NCBI GenBank assembly: GCA_964650515.1
Contig: CAZYUB010000002.1
Location: 12,708-76,707 of the forward strand
Reading direction: 5' to 3'
DNA: 64,000 nt
Source of the DNA: an uncultured Planctomycetia bacterium
Lineage (GTDB): Bacteria; Omnitrophota; Gorgyraeia; Pluralincolimonadales; Pluralincolimonadaceae
Shown: positions 38,027 through 47,220 of the stretch, in pieces
Position numbering within the stretch: position 1 is the stretch's first letter
How the letters are laid out: the number at the start of each line of letters is the position of its first letter
Program-made: the position numbers and the translations under genes
Notes under the pieces: generated by a model
Told to the model about the DNA's origin: nothing
Database searches by the model: none
Seen by the model: only the letters and a program-made list of their open reading frames with translations

Positions 38027-38545
38027 ATGAAAAGACCGGAATCCCACGGAAGCGGCGCATGCAAACGCTCGCAATTCGCGAAGATAGGCAAAGGAGTAGT
38101 GATCGAGAAAGGGGCGCTATTCTTCCATCCCGAGAATATCGAGATAGGTGATAACGTATATGTCGGGCATTACGCGATAATCAAGGGTTACTACAGGAAC
38201 AGGATGAAGATAGGAAGCGGGACGTGGATAGGCCAGCAGGCGTTCCTGCACAGCGCTGGCGGCATCACGATCGGCAAAGGCGTGGGGATCGGCCCGCATG
38301 TCCAGGTCCTGACATCGTCGCACGGGACCGGCGGCGCCGGGACCCCGGTAATGCGCAATAAGCTGCAATTCAAGCCCGTCATAATAGAGGACGGTTCGGA
38401 CATCGGCACCGGGGCAATCATACTGCCGGGAGTCAGGATCGGCAAGAACGCGATAATAGGCGCGGGAGCGGTGGTCACGAAGGATGTCCCTGCGTCATCG
38501 ATAGCCGTCGGGAACCCGGCAAAGGTAATAAAGAAAAGGAAATGA
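38027..38545 (+). CDS. hexapeptide-repeat (LbH) sugar O-/N-acetyltransferase (WbbJ/maltose acetyltransferase-like)
   Basis: Tandem hexapeptide '[13 protein letters not shown]', '[32 protein letters not shown]' and tail 'VGNPAKVI'. Confidence 0.75.
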   Translation: MKRPESHGSGACKRSQFAKIGKGVVIEKGALFFHPENIEIGDNVYVGHYAIIKGYYRNRMKIGSGTWIGQQAFLHSAGGITIGKGVGIGPHVQVLTSSHGTGGAGTPVMRNKLQFKPVIIEDGSDIGTGAIILPGVRIGKNAIIGAGAVVTKDVPASSIAVGNPAKVIKKRK

Positions 38546-39228
38546 AGCCCGTAATCTCGGCCATAGTGATGGCATATAACGAGGCTGCGAGCATAGATGA
38601 CACATGCCGCGAGATACACGGAGAATTATCCCGTATCGGCGACCCGTTCGAGCTCCTTATCATAGACGACGGCAGCACCGACGGGACGTCCGCGAAGGCC
38701 GACTCTATCGCCGCTTCCCTGCCGTACAGCAGGGTCGTGCACCATGCGGCAAATTCGGGCCTCGGGGGCGTATACAGGACGGGCTTCTCGGCCGCAGAGG
38801 GCAGTTATGTGACGTTCTTCCCGGCAGACGGGCAATTCCCCGCCGATATAATAGGGAAGTTCAGGCCCATGATGGGCGAATATGACATGGTGCTCGGATA
38901 CCTCCCCGAGAGGAAAGGGCAGGCGTTCGCGAAATTCCTGTCTAAGGCGGAGAGGTGCCTCTATGCCGCGCTGTTCGGGAAATTGCCGGTATTCCAGGGG
39001 ATAATGATGTTCAGGAGGGAACTGCCGGGCATGTTCAGGCTGAAGTCCTCCGGCAGGGGCTGGGCGGTCGTCATGGAGCTCATAATAAGGGTATCCCGCG
39101 CGGGTTTCAGGATAACGAGCGTCCCGACCGGATACCGGCCGCGGAAAAGCGGTTCATCGAAGGTCAATAACCTGAGGAATATCGTCGCAAACCTTGTCCA
39201 GGTCATCGTGCTGAGGTTCAATATATAG
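38542..39228 (+). CDS. GT2 polyprenyl-phosphate glycosyltransferase (DPM1/ArnC-like, short soluble form)
   Basis: '[14 protein letters not shown]...[11 protein letters not shown]...[14 protein letters not shown]...FPADGQFP' as in 23617..24552 and 49246..50184. Confidence 0.65.
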   Translation: MKPVISAIVMAYNEAASIDDTCREIHGELSRIGDPFELLIIDDGSTDGTSAKADSIAASLPYSRVVHHAANSGLGGVYRTGFSAAEGSYVTFFPADGQFPADIIGKFRPMMGEYDMVLGYLPERKGQAFAKFLSKAERCLYAALFGKLPVFQGIMMFRRELPGMFRLKSSGRGWAVVMELIIRVSRAGFRITSVPTGYRPRKSGSSKVNNLRNIVANLVQVIVLRFNI

Positions 39229-39229
39229 C

Positions 39230-40765
39230 ATGAAAAGGCCCGTAGCCATAGCGTTGCTGTTGCTGATGAACCTTACGGCGCATTTCATGCCGTTCGAAAG
39301 GGCGGCGCTCGCGCCGGATGATTACGCGACGCTCGTAAGGTCGCTTCCGGCCGTGGAATGCGGGACTTCACACATAAAGGCGTATGCAGACAGGCCGCTG
39401 AATTACGCGTTCCTCGCCCTGCAGGCAAAATACATAGGCGACAATGCCGGGCTGGCGTTCATCCTGTTATTCCTGTCCGCCTGCGCGCTTTTGCTGGCCG
39501 TATTTATGCTGCTTGAAAGGATATTCGGGGATACAGCCGCGGCTTTCATAGGGGCGGCGGTATTTTGCCTGCTCCCGAACAAGCTTGAGACGTACCATAC
39601 GCTAATATTCCTTAATATTAACCTCGTATCGCTTATATATGTCGTGAGCTTCGCGCTATTCATCGCCCATGCAGGCACAGGCAGGAGAGAGGTCCTTCTT
39701 GCGTCAGTGTTGTTGTATGCCGCGGGCATATTCTGGTATGAAGTGGGATTTTTTATGCCTTTGCTGATGTTATCCTATTGTTTCCTGGACAAGAGATGCA
39801 GGCCGGTATCGGTAATGCCTTTCATGGCGGTGGCGTTGTTTTATGCGGTCTACAGGTTCACGGGGGCCTACGGCATGGCTGCCGGAGCGGAAGGGCAGTC
39901 CCATTCCGTCTCATTGGCTATGCTGCCGCTCAACATCAAGGAGCTGTTCCATCATTATGCCGGAAGGTATGCGGCCCGCAGCGTATTATACGGTTTCTAT
40001 AATTTCGCGGCTATGCAGACCGTATGGCTTGTCGCCGTGTCGGCGGCGCTGCTTGCGCTCATCATTTCGGTGAGGTCTGCTCTTGCGGGCACGGGAACGC
40101 CGGAAATAAGAAAGGGCACCTTTATGCTCGGGCTGGCGGCGTTCTTAACCATGATGTTGCCGATATTGTTCAATGATAAGGGAGGAATAGGCGGAAGGCA
40201 CCTGATGCTTCCGTCGATAGGCGTGTCCATAATGGCGGTGCCGGCGCTGATGTACGCGGGCAAGGCGTGGAAACATATTCTGATAGCGTTCATAATTATT
40301 ATGTCCGTCGTGGGAGCAGGGAATGCATGGACACAGGTGGTCGCCTGCCGGATAAACGCGGCGGTGTTCGGGTATTTGAAGTCGAACGGCCCGGCGCTGG
40401 GATCCGCAAAGGCCGTGGTAATAGATACGAACAGTTTTGCGGAGAAGATAAAATATACGCTGGTGAAGAGGGATTTTAACCTCTTTAACACATATTACGG
40501 GGCGCAGGCTTTTGAGGATTGGGGGCTCATAAGCATGGTAAGGTGGGCGGCGAAGGACAGCGGAAAGCAGGTATACGTATCCATAAGCTCGCCATATGCC
40601 AAAAAGGGCGAGGTCAAGTTCTGCGTTTACGAATATAAAGGATACCGTTCAAAGGGCGTAAAGGACATACGCCTGCCCGCCGATGGGACGTTCGTGGTAG
40701 GAGCTAAAGAGGTATTCGGAGGCGATACGGATGCAGGCATCAGAAAGCTGGGCATAAGGAAATGA
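39230..40765 (+). CDS. polytopic membrane protein (GT-C-like glycosyltransferase or polymerase candidate)
   Basis: About 12 hydrophobic helices with a short soluble C-terminal tail; no soluble catalytic domain; lies in the GT2/GT-C context. Confidence 0.4.
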   Translation: MKRPVAIALLLLMNLTAHFMPFERAALAPDDYATLVRSLPAVECGTSHIKAYADRPLNYAFLALQAKYIGDNAGLAFILLFLSACALLLAVFMLLERIFGDTAAAFIGAAVFCLLPNKLETYHTLIFLNINLVSLIYVVSFALFIAHAGTGRREVLLASVLLYAAGIFWYEVGFFMPLLMLSYCFLDKRCRPVSVMPFMAVALFYAVYRFTGAYGMAAGAEGQSHSVSLAMLPLNIKELFHHYAGRYAARSVLYGFYNFAAMQTVWLVAVSAALLALIISVRSALAGTGTPEIRKGTFMLGLAAFLTMMLPILFNDKGGIGGRHLMLPSIGVSIMAVPALMYAGKAWKHILIAFIIIMSVVGAGNAWTQVVACRINAAVFGYLKSNGPALGSAKAVVIDTNSFAEKIKYTLVKRDFNLFNTYYGAQAFEDWGLISMVRWAAKDSGKQVYVSISSPYAKKGEVKFCVYEYKGYRSKGVKDIRLPADGTFVVGAKEVFGGDTDAGIRKLGIRK

Positions 40766-42114
40766 AAAGGGTCTCGGCGGGATTTCTGGCGGCCTGCGCG
40801 ATCTTCGGCTCGTCGTATCTCATATCACCGGGTTTTGCGTTATGTATACTGTTGTCCGTTGCGTTCTTTTACGCGGTCCGCAGGAATACCGGCGAAGACG
40901 ACAGGATGTTCGTATTATTCATGATATCGGCCGCGGTGGTCCTGAGGGTCGCGGGCCTCATAATACTGCAATACAAATGCCTTTCGATGGGCCAACTGGA
41001 TATCTTCGGGGACGCCCAGGACAACATCATACAGGGGATAAATATAAGCGATTCAATCAGGAACATGAAAGAGATCCCGGTCACGCCGCAATCGATATTA
41101 TCGAGCAGGTACAATACGCATTCGATGACAATATTCAACGGGATATTCTTTTTATTGTTCGGACACGATATCGTATCGTTGAAATACGTAAATATACTGG
41201 CGATATGCGCGACGGCGTGGATAATATACGACTTCGCAAAAAATATATATTCCGGCGCGGCAGGCAGGATCGCACTCGCGATAATACTATTCTGGCCTAC
41301 TGTATTCATCTGGTCGTTGACAGACCTCAAGGAGAGCCACCTGTTGTTCACGGTCGCATGCTCGTTCTGGCTGCTTGACAAGGCGGCAAGGGGGAAGGGA
41401 GTGTTAAGGAAGGCCGTTTTCGTCACGCTGTCGGTCCTGTTCGCGTTCTATTTCGTACTGCTGAAGATAAAGTTGATGATGCCGGTTTTCATCCTATCCG
41501 CGTCATTGATCGTGCTTTATAACGCGCTGCATTACGGGTTCTCTAAAGACCCGGCACTGTCGCGGAAGGTGTTGTACGTATCGCTTGTACCCGCAGCCGC
41601 GATCATAATGGCGTTCGGCGGCCGCATATTACAGGCCGCTAAGGGAATGTATGCGTTGATACTACATTACCATATAGGGTTCCTTAACAGCGGAGGATGG
41701 AATGTAAACCTTATAGGCGACCAGTCACAGTGCTATTTCACGCTGCAATTTATAACAAAATATATCGTAAAAGCCTGGTTGTATTTCCTTCTTGAGCCGC
41801 TTCCGTGGCATTTTTATTCGTTTAGCCTTACCGTTACATATCCGGTGATGATCACATGGTACATCCTCGTGGCGTTCTCCGTTGTCGGTATAGGAAAGAT
41901 ATTTTACTCTGGTAAGGCGAAAGAGATTTTTGCGATGCTTGTATTTATGACTATATATATCACGGTAGTCGGAATGTCTGTGGCGAACATAGGGACTTTA
42001 ATACGTTTTAGGGATGCAATGGTGCCTATCGTGGCGTTGTTCGCGGGGATAGGGCTATCGGGGATATCGCGGATACCTACGGTAACGGAGGAGAGATGCA
42101 AGAACATACGATAA
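40762..42114 (+). CDS. polytopic membrane protein (GT-C-like glycosyltransferase/O-antigen polymerase-like candidate)
   Basis: 450 aa, at least 10 hydrophobic helices; ATGA overlap with the upstream gene. Confidence 0.4.
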   Translation: MKRVSAGFLAACAIFGSSYLISPGFALCILLSVAFFYAVRRNTGEDDRMFVLFMISAAVVLRVAGLIILQYKCLSMGQLDIFGDAQDNIIQGINISDSIRNMKEIPVTPQSILSSRYNTHSMTIFNGIFFLLFGHDIVSLKYVNILAICATAWIIYDFAKNIYSGAAGRIALAIILFWPTVFIWSLTDLKESHLLFTVACSFWLLDKAARGKGVLRKAVFVTLSVLFAFYFVLLKIKLMMPVFILSASLIVLYNALHYGFSKDPALSRKVLYVSLVPAAAIIMAFGGRILQAAKGMYALILHYHIGFLNSGGWNVNLIGDQSQCYFTLQFITKYIVKAWLYFLLEPLPWHFYSFSLTVTYPVMITWYILVAFSVVGIGKIFYSGKAKEIFAMLVFMTIYITVVGMSVANIGTLIRFRDAMVPIVALFAGIGLSGISRIPTVTEERCKNIR

Positions 42115-43547
42115 GGAAGGCCTTGATACCGGCGGCCGGGAAAGGTATAAGGGCATATCCGAAGAGCAGGTATCTTCCGAAGACGCTCCTCGAGATAGAA
42201 GGAAAACCCCTGATCGAGAATAACATAGCGATATTAAGGGACCAGCTCGGGATAAAGGACATTACCGTGATCGTGGGGCACCTTGCCGATAAGATAAAAG
42301 CCCGGCTCGGGGACGGGAGCCGGTTCGGGGTGTCTATCAAGTATTTGGATTGCGGCGATCCCGACGAAGGCCTCGCGAAGGGCATACTGCTGGCAGAGAA
42401 GGAGTTCGACGAGCCGTTCATATGCATATTGGGCGATGAGTACTACTTCGGTTCCAACCATTCCGGGCTTGCGAAGATCCCGGCAGACGCCGGCTATGTC
42501 TGCGCGGTAAAGCACTCGACAGACATTAAGTCCATCAAGAAAAATTATAACGTCGAGATCGAGGGCGGGTTCGTCAGCAGGATAATCGAGAAACCGGCCG
42601 AGATCAGGCAATGGAACCTGGGGTGCGGGACATATCTGCTCAGGCCGGAGATATTCGGCCTGATACGCAGGACGAAGCCGTCGCACAGGAGCCATAAGGT
42701 CGAATTCATGGATGCGCTCGACCTCGCCGTGCAGGAAGGCGCGAAGGTGAAGCCGTACTACCTCGAAGGCATATACTATAACATCAATACCATCGAAGAC
42801 GTGAACCAGTGCAATTATGATATCCGTTCGCTGAATTTCGGAAAATACAAGGTAAGCGTCGTGATACCCGCGCATAATGAGGAAGCGACCATAGCTACCG
42901 TCATCGAGGACCTGCGGCAGCACGTCGACGAGGTGCTTGTAGTCAATAACGGCTCGAACGACAGGACCTCCGAGGTCAGCAGGAAGGCCGGCGCGAGGGT
43001 CGAGGAGGTCTCGTTGAAGGGCTACGGCGACACTATAAAGCACGGCCTCGAAAAGGCGTCCGGCGACATACTCATCGTGACCGAGGCGGATTACTCGTTC
43101 CGTTCGAAGGATATAGGCAAGTTCCTCGAGTACATAAAGGATGCCGACATGGTCATTGGCACGCGGACGACGCGGCAGCTCGTTGAACAGGGGGCGAACA
43201 TGAGCCTGATGCTGCTGCTCGGGAACCTCGTATACGCGAAGATAGTCGAGATCCTCTGGTGGGGCATCGACCCGCCGCGTTTTACCGATGTCGGCTGCAC
43301 CTACAGGGCCATTTGGAAGAGCTCGTTCGAGAAGATAAAGGGAGACCTGAAGTCTACGGGGCCGGAGTTCTCCGTCGAGATGATGATAAAGACGCTCAAA
43401 TACAAACTGCGCGTCCTTGAGATACCGATATCGTATTACCCGCGCCTTGAAGGCGTATCGAAACATTCGAAGAACTGGTTCGGCATCCTGAGGACTGCCT
43501 CGAGGATGATGCGCCTTATAATAAGAGAAAGGCTGGACAACAGGTGA
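42096..43547 (+). CDS. bifunctional sugar-phosphate nucleotidyltransferase / GT2 (DPM1-like) glycosyltransferase fusion
   Basis: N-terminus 'ALIPAAGKGIRAYPKSRYLPKTLLEIEGKPLI' (NTP_transferase). C-terminus 'VSVVIPAHNEEATI...LVVNNGSNDRTSEV...ILIVTEADYSF' (GT2). Confidence 0.6.
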   Translation: MQEHTIRKALIPAAGKGIRAYPKSRYLPKTLLEIEGKPLIENNIAILRDQLGIKDITVIVGHLADKIKARLGDGSRFGVSIKYLDCGDPDEGLAKGILLAEKEFDEPFICILGDEYYFGSNHSGLAKIPADAGYVCAVKHSTDIKSIKKNYNVEIEGGFVSRIIEKPAEIRQWNLGCGTYLLRPEIFGLIRRTKPSHRSHKVEFMDALDLAVQEGAKVKPYYLEGIYYNINTIEDVNQCNYDIRSLNFGKYKVSVVIPAHNEEATIATVIEDLRQHVDEVLVVNNGSNDRTSEVSRKAGARVEEVSLKGYGDTIKHGLEKASGDILIVTEADYSFRSKDIGKFLEYIKDADMVIGTRTTRQLVEQGANMSLMLLLGNLVYAKIVEILWWGIDPPRFTDVGCTYRAIWKSSFEKIKGDLKSTGPEFSVEMMIKTLKYKLRVLEIPISYYPRLEGVSKHSKNWFGILRTASRMMRLIIRERLDNR

Positions 43548-44992
43548 AGCGCGCGATAAGGAAAGCGCTGCTTTGCTATCCGCCGGTGGGGCTGTTCCAG
43601 AGGGGCGAGGAGAGGTGCCAGGCGGATATCGAGGGCTCGGCGACACAGGCGCCGCATGCACCTAATGACCTCGGGTATATCGCCGCTTGCCTCGGAAGGC
43701 GGGGGATAGAATGCATAATAAAGGATTATCCGGCAGAGGGGGTGCAGGAGGCGGCCGTGCTGGAAGAGGTAAAGGCATACTCGCCGGACATTATGCTTAT
43801 CAGCACGACTACGCCTACGTTCCCCGAAGACGTCCGGTTCCTGGAGAAGGTAAAGTCGGCTCTGCCGGGGACATTTACCGTCGCTAAGGGAAGTTGTTTC
43901 TGCTCGCTTCCGCTGGATGAACTTCAGAAATGCGAATACAGGCCGCTCGACGCTGCCATTTACGGGGAAGCCGAATTTATAATAGAGGAACTGGTTAAAG
44001 CTTTGGGGGCGGACGGCCGCCTCGACGGAGTAGAGGGTATAATAATAAATATCGGGACGAAGGATGCCGCGAGGACCGCGCGCCCGCGATTCCGTGAGGA
44101 CCTCGATTCCCTGCCGTTCCCAGCGAGGGGCCTGATGAACAACGGGCTCTACAGGAACCCGCTTACCGGCAGGCCCATGGCCACTATACTTGTCTCCCGC
44201 GGGTGCCCTTCACAATGCATATTTTGCCTTACGCCGGTAATATCCGGGCATAAGTTCAGGAAGAGGTCCGTCGGTAATGTCTTGGATGAGATAAAGGACT
44301 GCGTTAAGAATTACGGCATCAGGGATTTCTTCTTCCGTGCCGACACATTTACAATGGATAACGAATACGTGAAACAGCTGTGCGGCAGGATACTGGATGA
44401 AGGGCTCAAGATAACATGGGTGGCTAATAGCAGGGCCGACGTGGTAAGCAAGGAGCTCCTCGCGGCGATGAAGGCGGCGGGATGCGCGCTCGTCGCGTTC
44501 GGGTTCGAATCCGGCAATGAGGATATACAGCGGAAGATCAAGAAGAACGCGTCCGCGGATGACGCGCGCCGCGCGGTCAGGTTATGCAGGGAAGCGCGGC
44601 TGAAGACGCTCGGGTTCTTCATGATAGGTTTCCCGTGGGACGATGAGAAGACGGTTGAGGACACGGCCGCGCTGGTCAGGGAACTCGATTGCGATTTCAT
44701 AGAAGTGCATATAGCGCTGCCGTTCGAGGGCACGGAGCTCAACGACATATGCCGGGACCTCGGGCTCATAAAGGAGACATCGGTCGGATACAACTATTTC
44801 TCGAACCCTTACGGCGGCGGGACGCTGCACCTGGGAAGGGAACGCCTGGCACAGCTCAGGAAAGATATCATAAAGAGACAGTACCTGAGGTTACCGTATA
44901 TATTTCGCATGCTTACGCACTGCAGCTCTTTTTATGAATTCATGAACTACATCAAGTACGGTTTCAGGCTCCTCGGAAAGGTCGCGTGTTGA
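43544..44992 (+). CDS. B12-binding domain radical SAM protein
   Basis: 'VSRGCPSQCIFC' CxxxCxxC. N-terminal B12-binding-like region 'IGSATQAPHAPNDLGYIAACL' as in paralogues. GTGA overlap start. Confidence 0.7.
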   Translation: MKRAIRKALLCYPPVGLFQRGEERCQADIEGSATQAPHAPNDLGYIAACLGRRGIECIIKDYPAEGVQEAAVLEEVKAYSPDIMLISTTTPTFPEDVRFLEKVKSALPGTFTVAKGSCFCSLPLDELQKCEYRPLDAAIYGEAEFIIEELVKALGADGRLDGVEGIIINIGTKDAARTARPRFREDLDSLPFPARGLMNNGLYRNPLTGRPMATILVSRGCPSQCIFCLTPVISGHKFRKRSVGNVLDEIKDCVKNYGIRDFFFRADTFTMDNEYVKQLCGRILDEGLKITWVANSRADVVSKELLAAMKAAGCALVAFGFESGNEDIQRKIKKNASADDARRAVRLCREARLKTLGFFMIGFPWDDEKTVEDTAALVRELDCDFIEVHIALPFEGTELNDICRDLGLIKETSVGYNYFSNPYGGGTLHLGRERLAQLRKDIIKRQYLRLPYIFRMLTHCSSFYEFMNYIKYGFRLLGKVAC

Positions 44993-46119
44993 GGAAAATA
45001 TCATTGCCCGTATACGAGGCATCGCGCTGCCGATTGTATGCGTTGGGAAGGAACGCGATGTATGCCGCGTGCAAGGCGTTCGGGCTGAAAGAAGGCGACG
45101 AGATATTGACGCCCGCGTTCGATTGCGACGGGTCTCTACAGCCGTTCAGGGCGCTCGGGCTGAAACTGAAGTTCTACCGTTCGGACCCGTACACTTTCGA
45201 AGCGGATACGGGCGATATGGAAGCAAGGATGGGGCCGTCTACAAAGATGGTCCACGTCATCAACCATTTCGGAATGCCCCAGCCGTGGGACAGGATAAAG
45301 AGGATATGCGTGGCCTCGAAGGTCCCCGTCATGGAGGACTGCGCGTATTCGCTGTTCTCGAAAGGATTCGGCACGAACGGCGATGCAGCGATATTCTCGC
45401 TGAGGAAGAACCTGCCGATTGTTGACGGCGGTATGCTGCGTATGAACAACGGGAATTACGCGCTGGGCCGTCAGGCAGAACGCGCGCCCCTATTCTACCG
45501 GACGGAATCGGCAAATGTGCTGACATTGGTCAAATCGGCGATGGGGTATTATAAGGCGCCAGAAGGGCTCAGGCGGATGCTCAGGAAGGCAAACCCGGCG
45601 GTCGAACCGCCTCCGCCTTTGTACTCGGAGAAGGAGAAGGGGTATCCCGAGTGGCCCCTGCGCGATCATACGGGCGAGGAGTTCAGCTGCGATTATGAAA
45701 GGCCCATCTCCGCGTTGGCGAGGTTCCAGCTGGAAGGCCTGCCGGAAGGATATTATAAAAATGCCGCGGAGATGAAACGGCGCTATTATTCGGAGCTCGC
45801 CGGGAAATTTGCCGGGCTGAACGGGTTACGGGTGCTCTGGCCGGAACTTCCGGAAGGGATAGTCCCTTTTTGCCTTTCCGTATTAGTGCACCGGGACAGG
45901 GACAGCATATTCGCGGAATTAAGGAAAAGATATGACGTGATGGCCTGGCCGACGCTTTCGCAGGAAGTCATCGACCGGCTTGACGAATACCCGGAAGTGG
46001 AGATCCTCGGCAGGAAGGTCCTGCAGTTCAACCTGCCGGCCGACAAGGTCATGAGGCGGGATTATCCCTTGTATATAGGCAGGCTCGCGCGCGATCTCAC
46101 CGCGCTTACGGAAAGATAG
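44986..46119 (+). CDS. DegT/DnrJ/EryC1/StrS-family PLP-dependent sugar aminotransferase-like (N-terminally short, divergent)
   Basis: 'NAMYAACKAFGLKEGDEILTPAF' aligns with the DegT 'alhlal.algi..GDEVivP.f' segment; 'VPVMEDCAYS', 'IFSLRKNLP' matches the SFxxxK PLP-lysine motif. GTG start. Confidence 0.5.
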   Translation: MLRKISLPVYEASRCRLYALGRNAMYAACKAFGLKEGDEILTPAFDCDGSLQPFRALGLKLKFYRSDPYTFEADTGDMEARMGPSTKMVHVINHFGMPQPWDRIKRICVASKVPVMEDCAYSLFSKGFGTNGDAAIFSLRKNLPIVDGGMLRMNNGNYALGRQAERAPLFYRTESANVLTLVKSAMGYYKAPEGLRRMLRKANPAVEPPPPLYSEKEKGYPEWPLRDHTGEEFSCDYERPISALARFQLEGLPEGYYKNAAEMKRRYYSELAGKFAGLNGLRVLWPELPEGIVPFCLSVLVHRDRDSIFAELRKRYDVMAWPTLSQEVIDRLDEYPEVEILGRKVLQFNLPADKVMRRDYPLYIGRLARDLTALTER

Positions 46120-47220
46120 ATGGAATACCGCTGGATCGAGGATATAGAGGATTTCAGGAAGATAGCGGGAGAATGGGACATGCTCGTCTCCAGCGGAGAC
46201 TCGCACCCTTTCCTGCTGTCGGATTTCATAATAACGTGGTGGAAATATTTCGGGAAGGGCAAGAAACTCAGGATATTCGTCATCGAGGAGGGCGGAAAGG
46301 TCAAAGGCGGCCTGCCTTTATGCCTTAACAGGGGCGGCGCAAGGGAGGGTTTCGCGGATCTCCTCCATTATATAGGAGAGGTCGCCGCGAATTACACGGA
46401 ACCGCTTTATTCAAACGGGAAGCCGGAGATATTCCCGTTGCTGGCCCGTGCGCTTTCGGAGAGGAACGACTGGGATGTCTTTTGCCTGACCGATATCAGG
46501 GAAGGCAACCGGTTCCTGAAGGAGCTCAAAGGCGCGACGGGTCAGAAGGGCTGTTCGATATTCCTCATAAGCGACCATATGAACTACGCGATAGACCTTG
46601 GTAAGGGGCTCGACAGTTATCTTTCGTCGTTATCGCCGAAACTCAAGAGGGACCTGAGATCGAAGCGCAAGCACCTCACGCAGAAGTGCGGAGCGATAGT
46701 CCTCGAGAAGGCCTCGGGCGAAAAGGAAGTTGGAGAAAGCGCCGCCCTTTACAAGAAGTTCTCAAGGGAAGCGTTCGCGGCGAGGAACAGGAAGAGCAAT
46801 TTCGAGAACGACAAATACGCGGATTTCTTCGGGGAATTCCTAGTCCTGATGGAAAAGGCCGGCCGGCTGGACGCGCACCTGCTCAAGGCGGGAGATACCG
46901 TGCTTGCGATAAGCTTCGCGTACAGGTTCGGCAGGGGCTTCAACTGGGTCCTTACGGCGTTCGATTACGAATATAAGTATTACAGGCCGGGATATATCCT
47001 CATAGAGGAATTACTGAAGGAGATATGCGCGAGGGGCGAGACATATTACAACTGGTACGGGCACGGGCGTTTTTACAAGGACCAGCTTTGCAACCTGCTT
47101 AAGCCCCTGTATAAGGTGATGATGGTAAGGAAGACGTTGAAAGGTTCGTCGTACCTGCTTTCGCAAAAAGCCAAGAAGGCGGTCAAGTACCTGAAAGGGC
47201 TGGTCGACGGTGCAAAATAA
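46120..47220 (+). CDS. FemAB/BioF2-like (Acetyltransf_6, CelD-like) GNAT-fold acyl- or aminoacyltransferase
   Basis: 366 aa. The N-terminal 'W..L......PFL...F...W' segment and C-terminal 'GYILIEELLKEICARGETYYNWYGHG' resemble the BioF2-like acetyltransferase family. Confidence 0.45.
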   Translation: MEYRWIEDIEDFRKIAGEWDMLVSSGDSHPFLLSDFIITWWKYFGKGKKLRIFVIEEGGKVKGGLPLCLNRGGAREGFADLLHYIGEVAANYTEPLYSNGKPEIFPLLARALSERNDWDVFCLTDIREGNRFLKELKGATGQKGCSIFLISDHMNYAIDLGKGLDSYLSSLSPKLKRDLRSKRKHLTQKCGAIVLEKASGEKEVGESAALYKKFSREAFAARNRKSNFENDKYADFFGEFLVLMEKAGRLDAHLLKAGDTVLAISFAYRFGRGFNWVLTAFDYEYKYYRPGYILIEELLKEICARGETYYNWYGHGRFYKDQLCNLLKPLYKVMMVRKTLKGSSYLLSQKAKKAVKYLKGLVDGAK

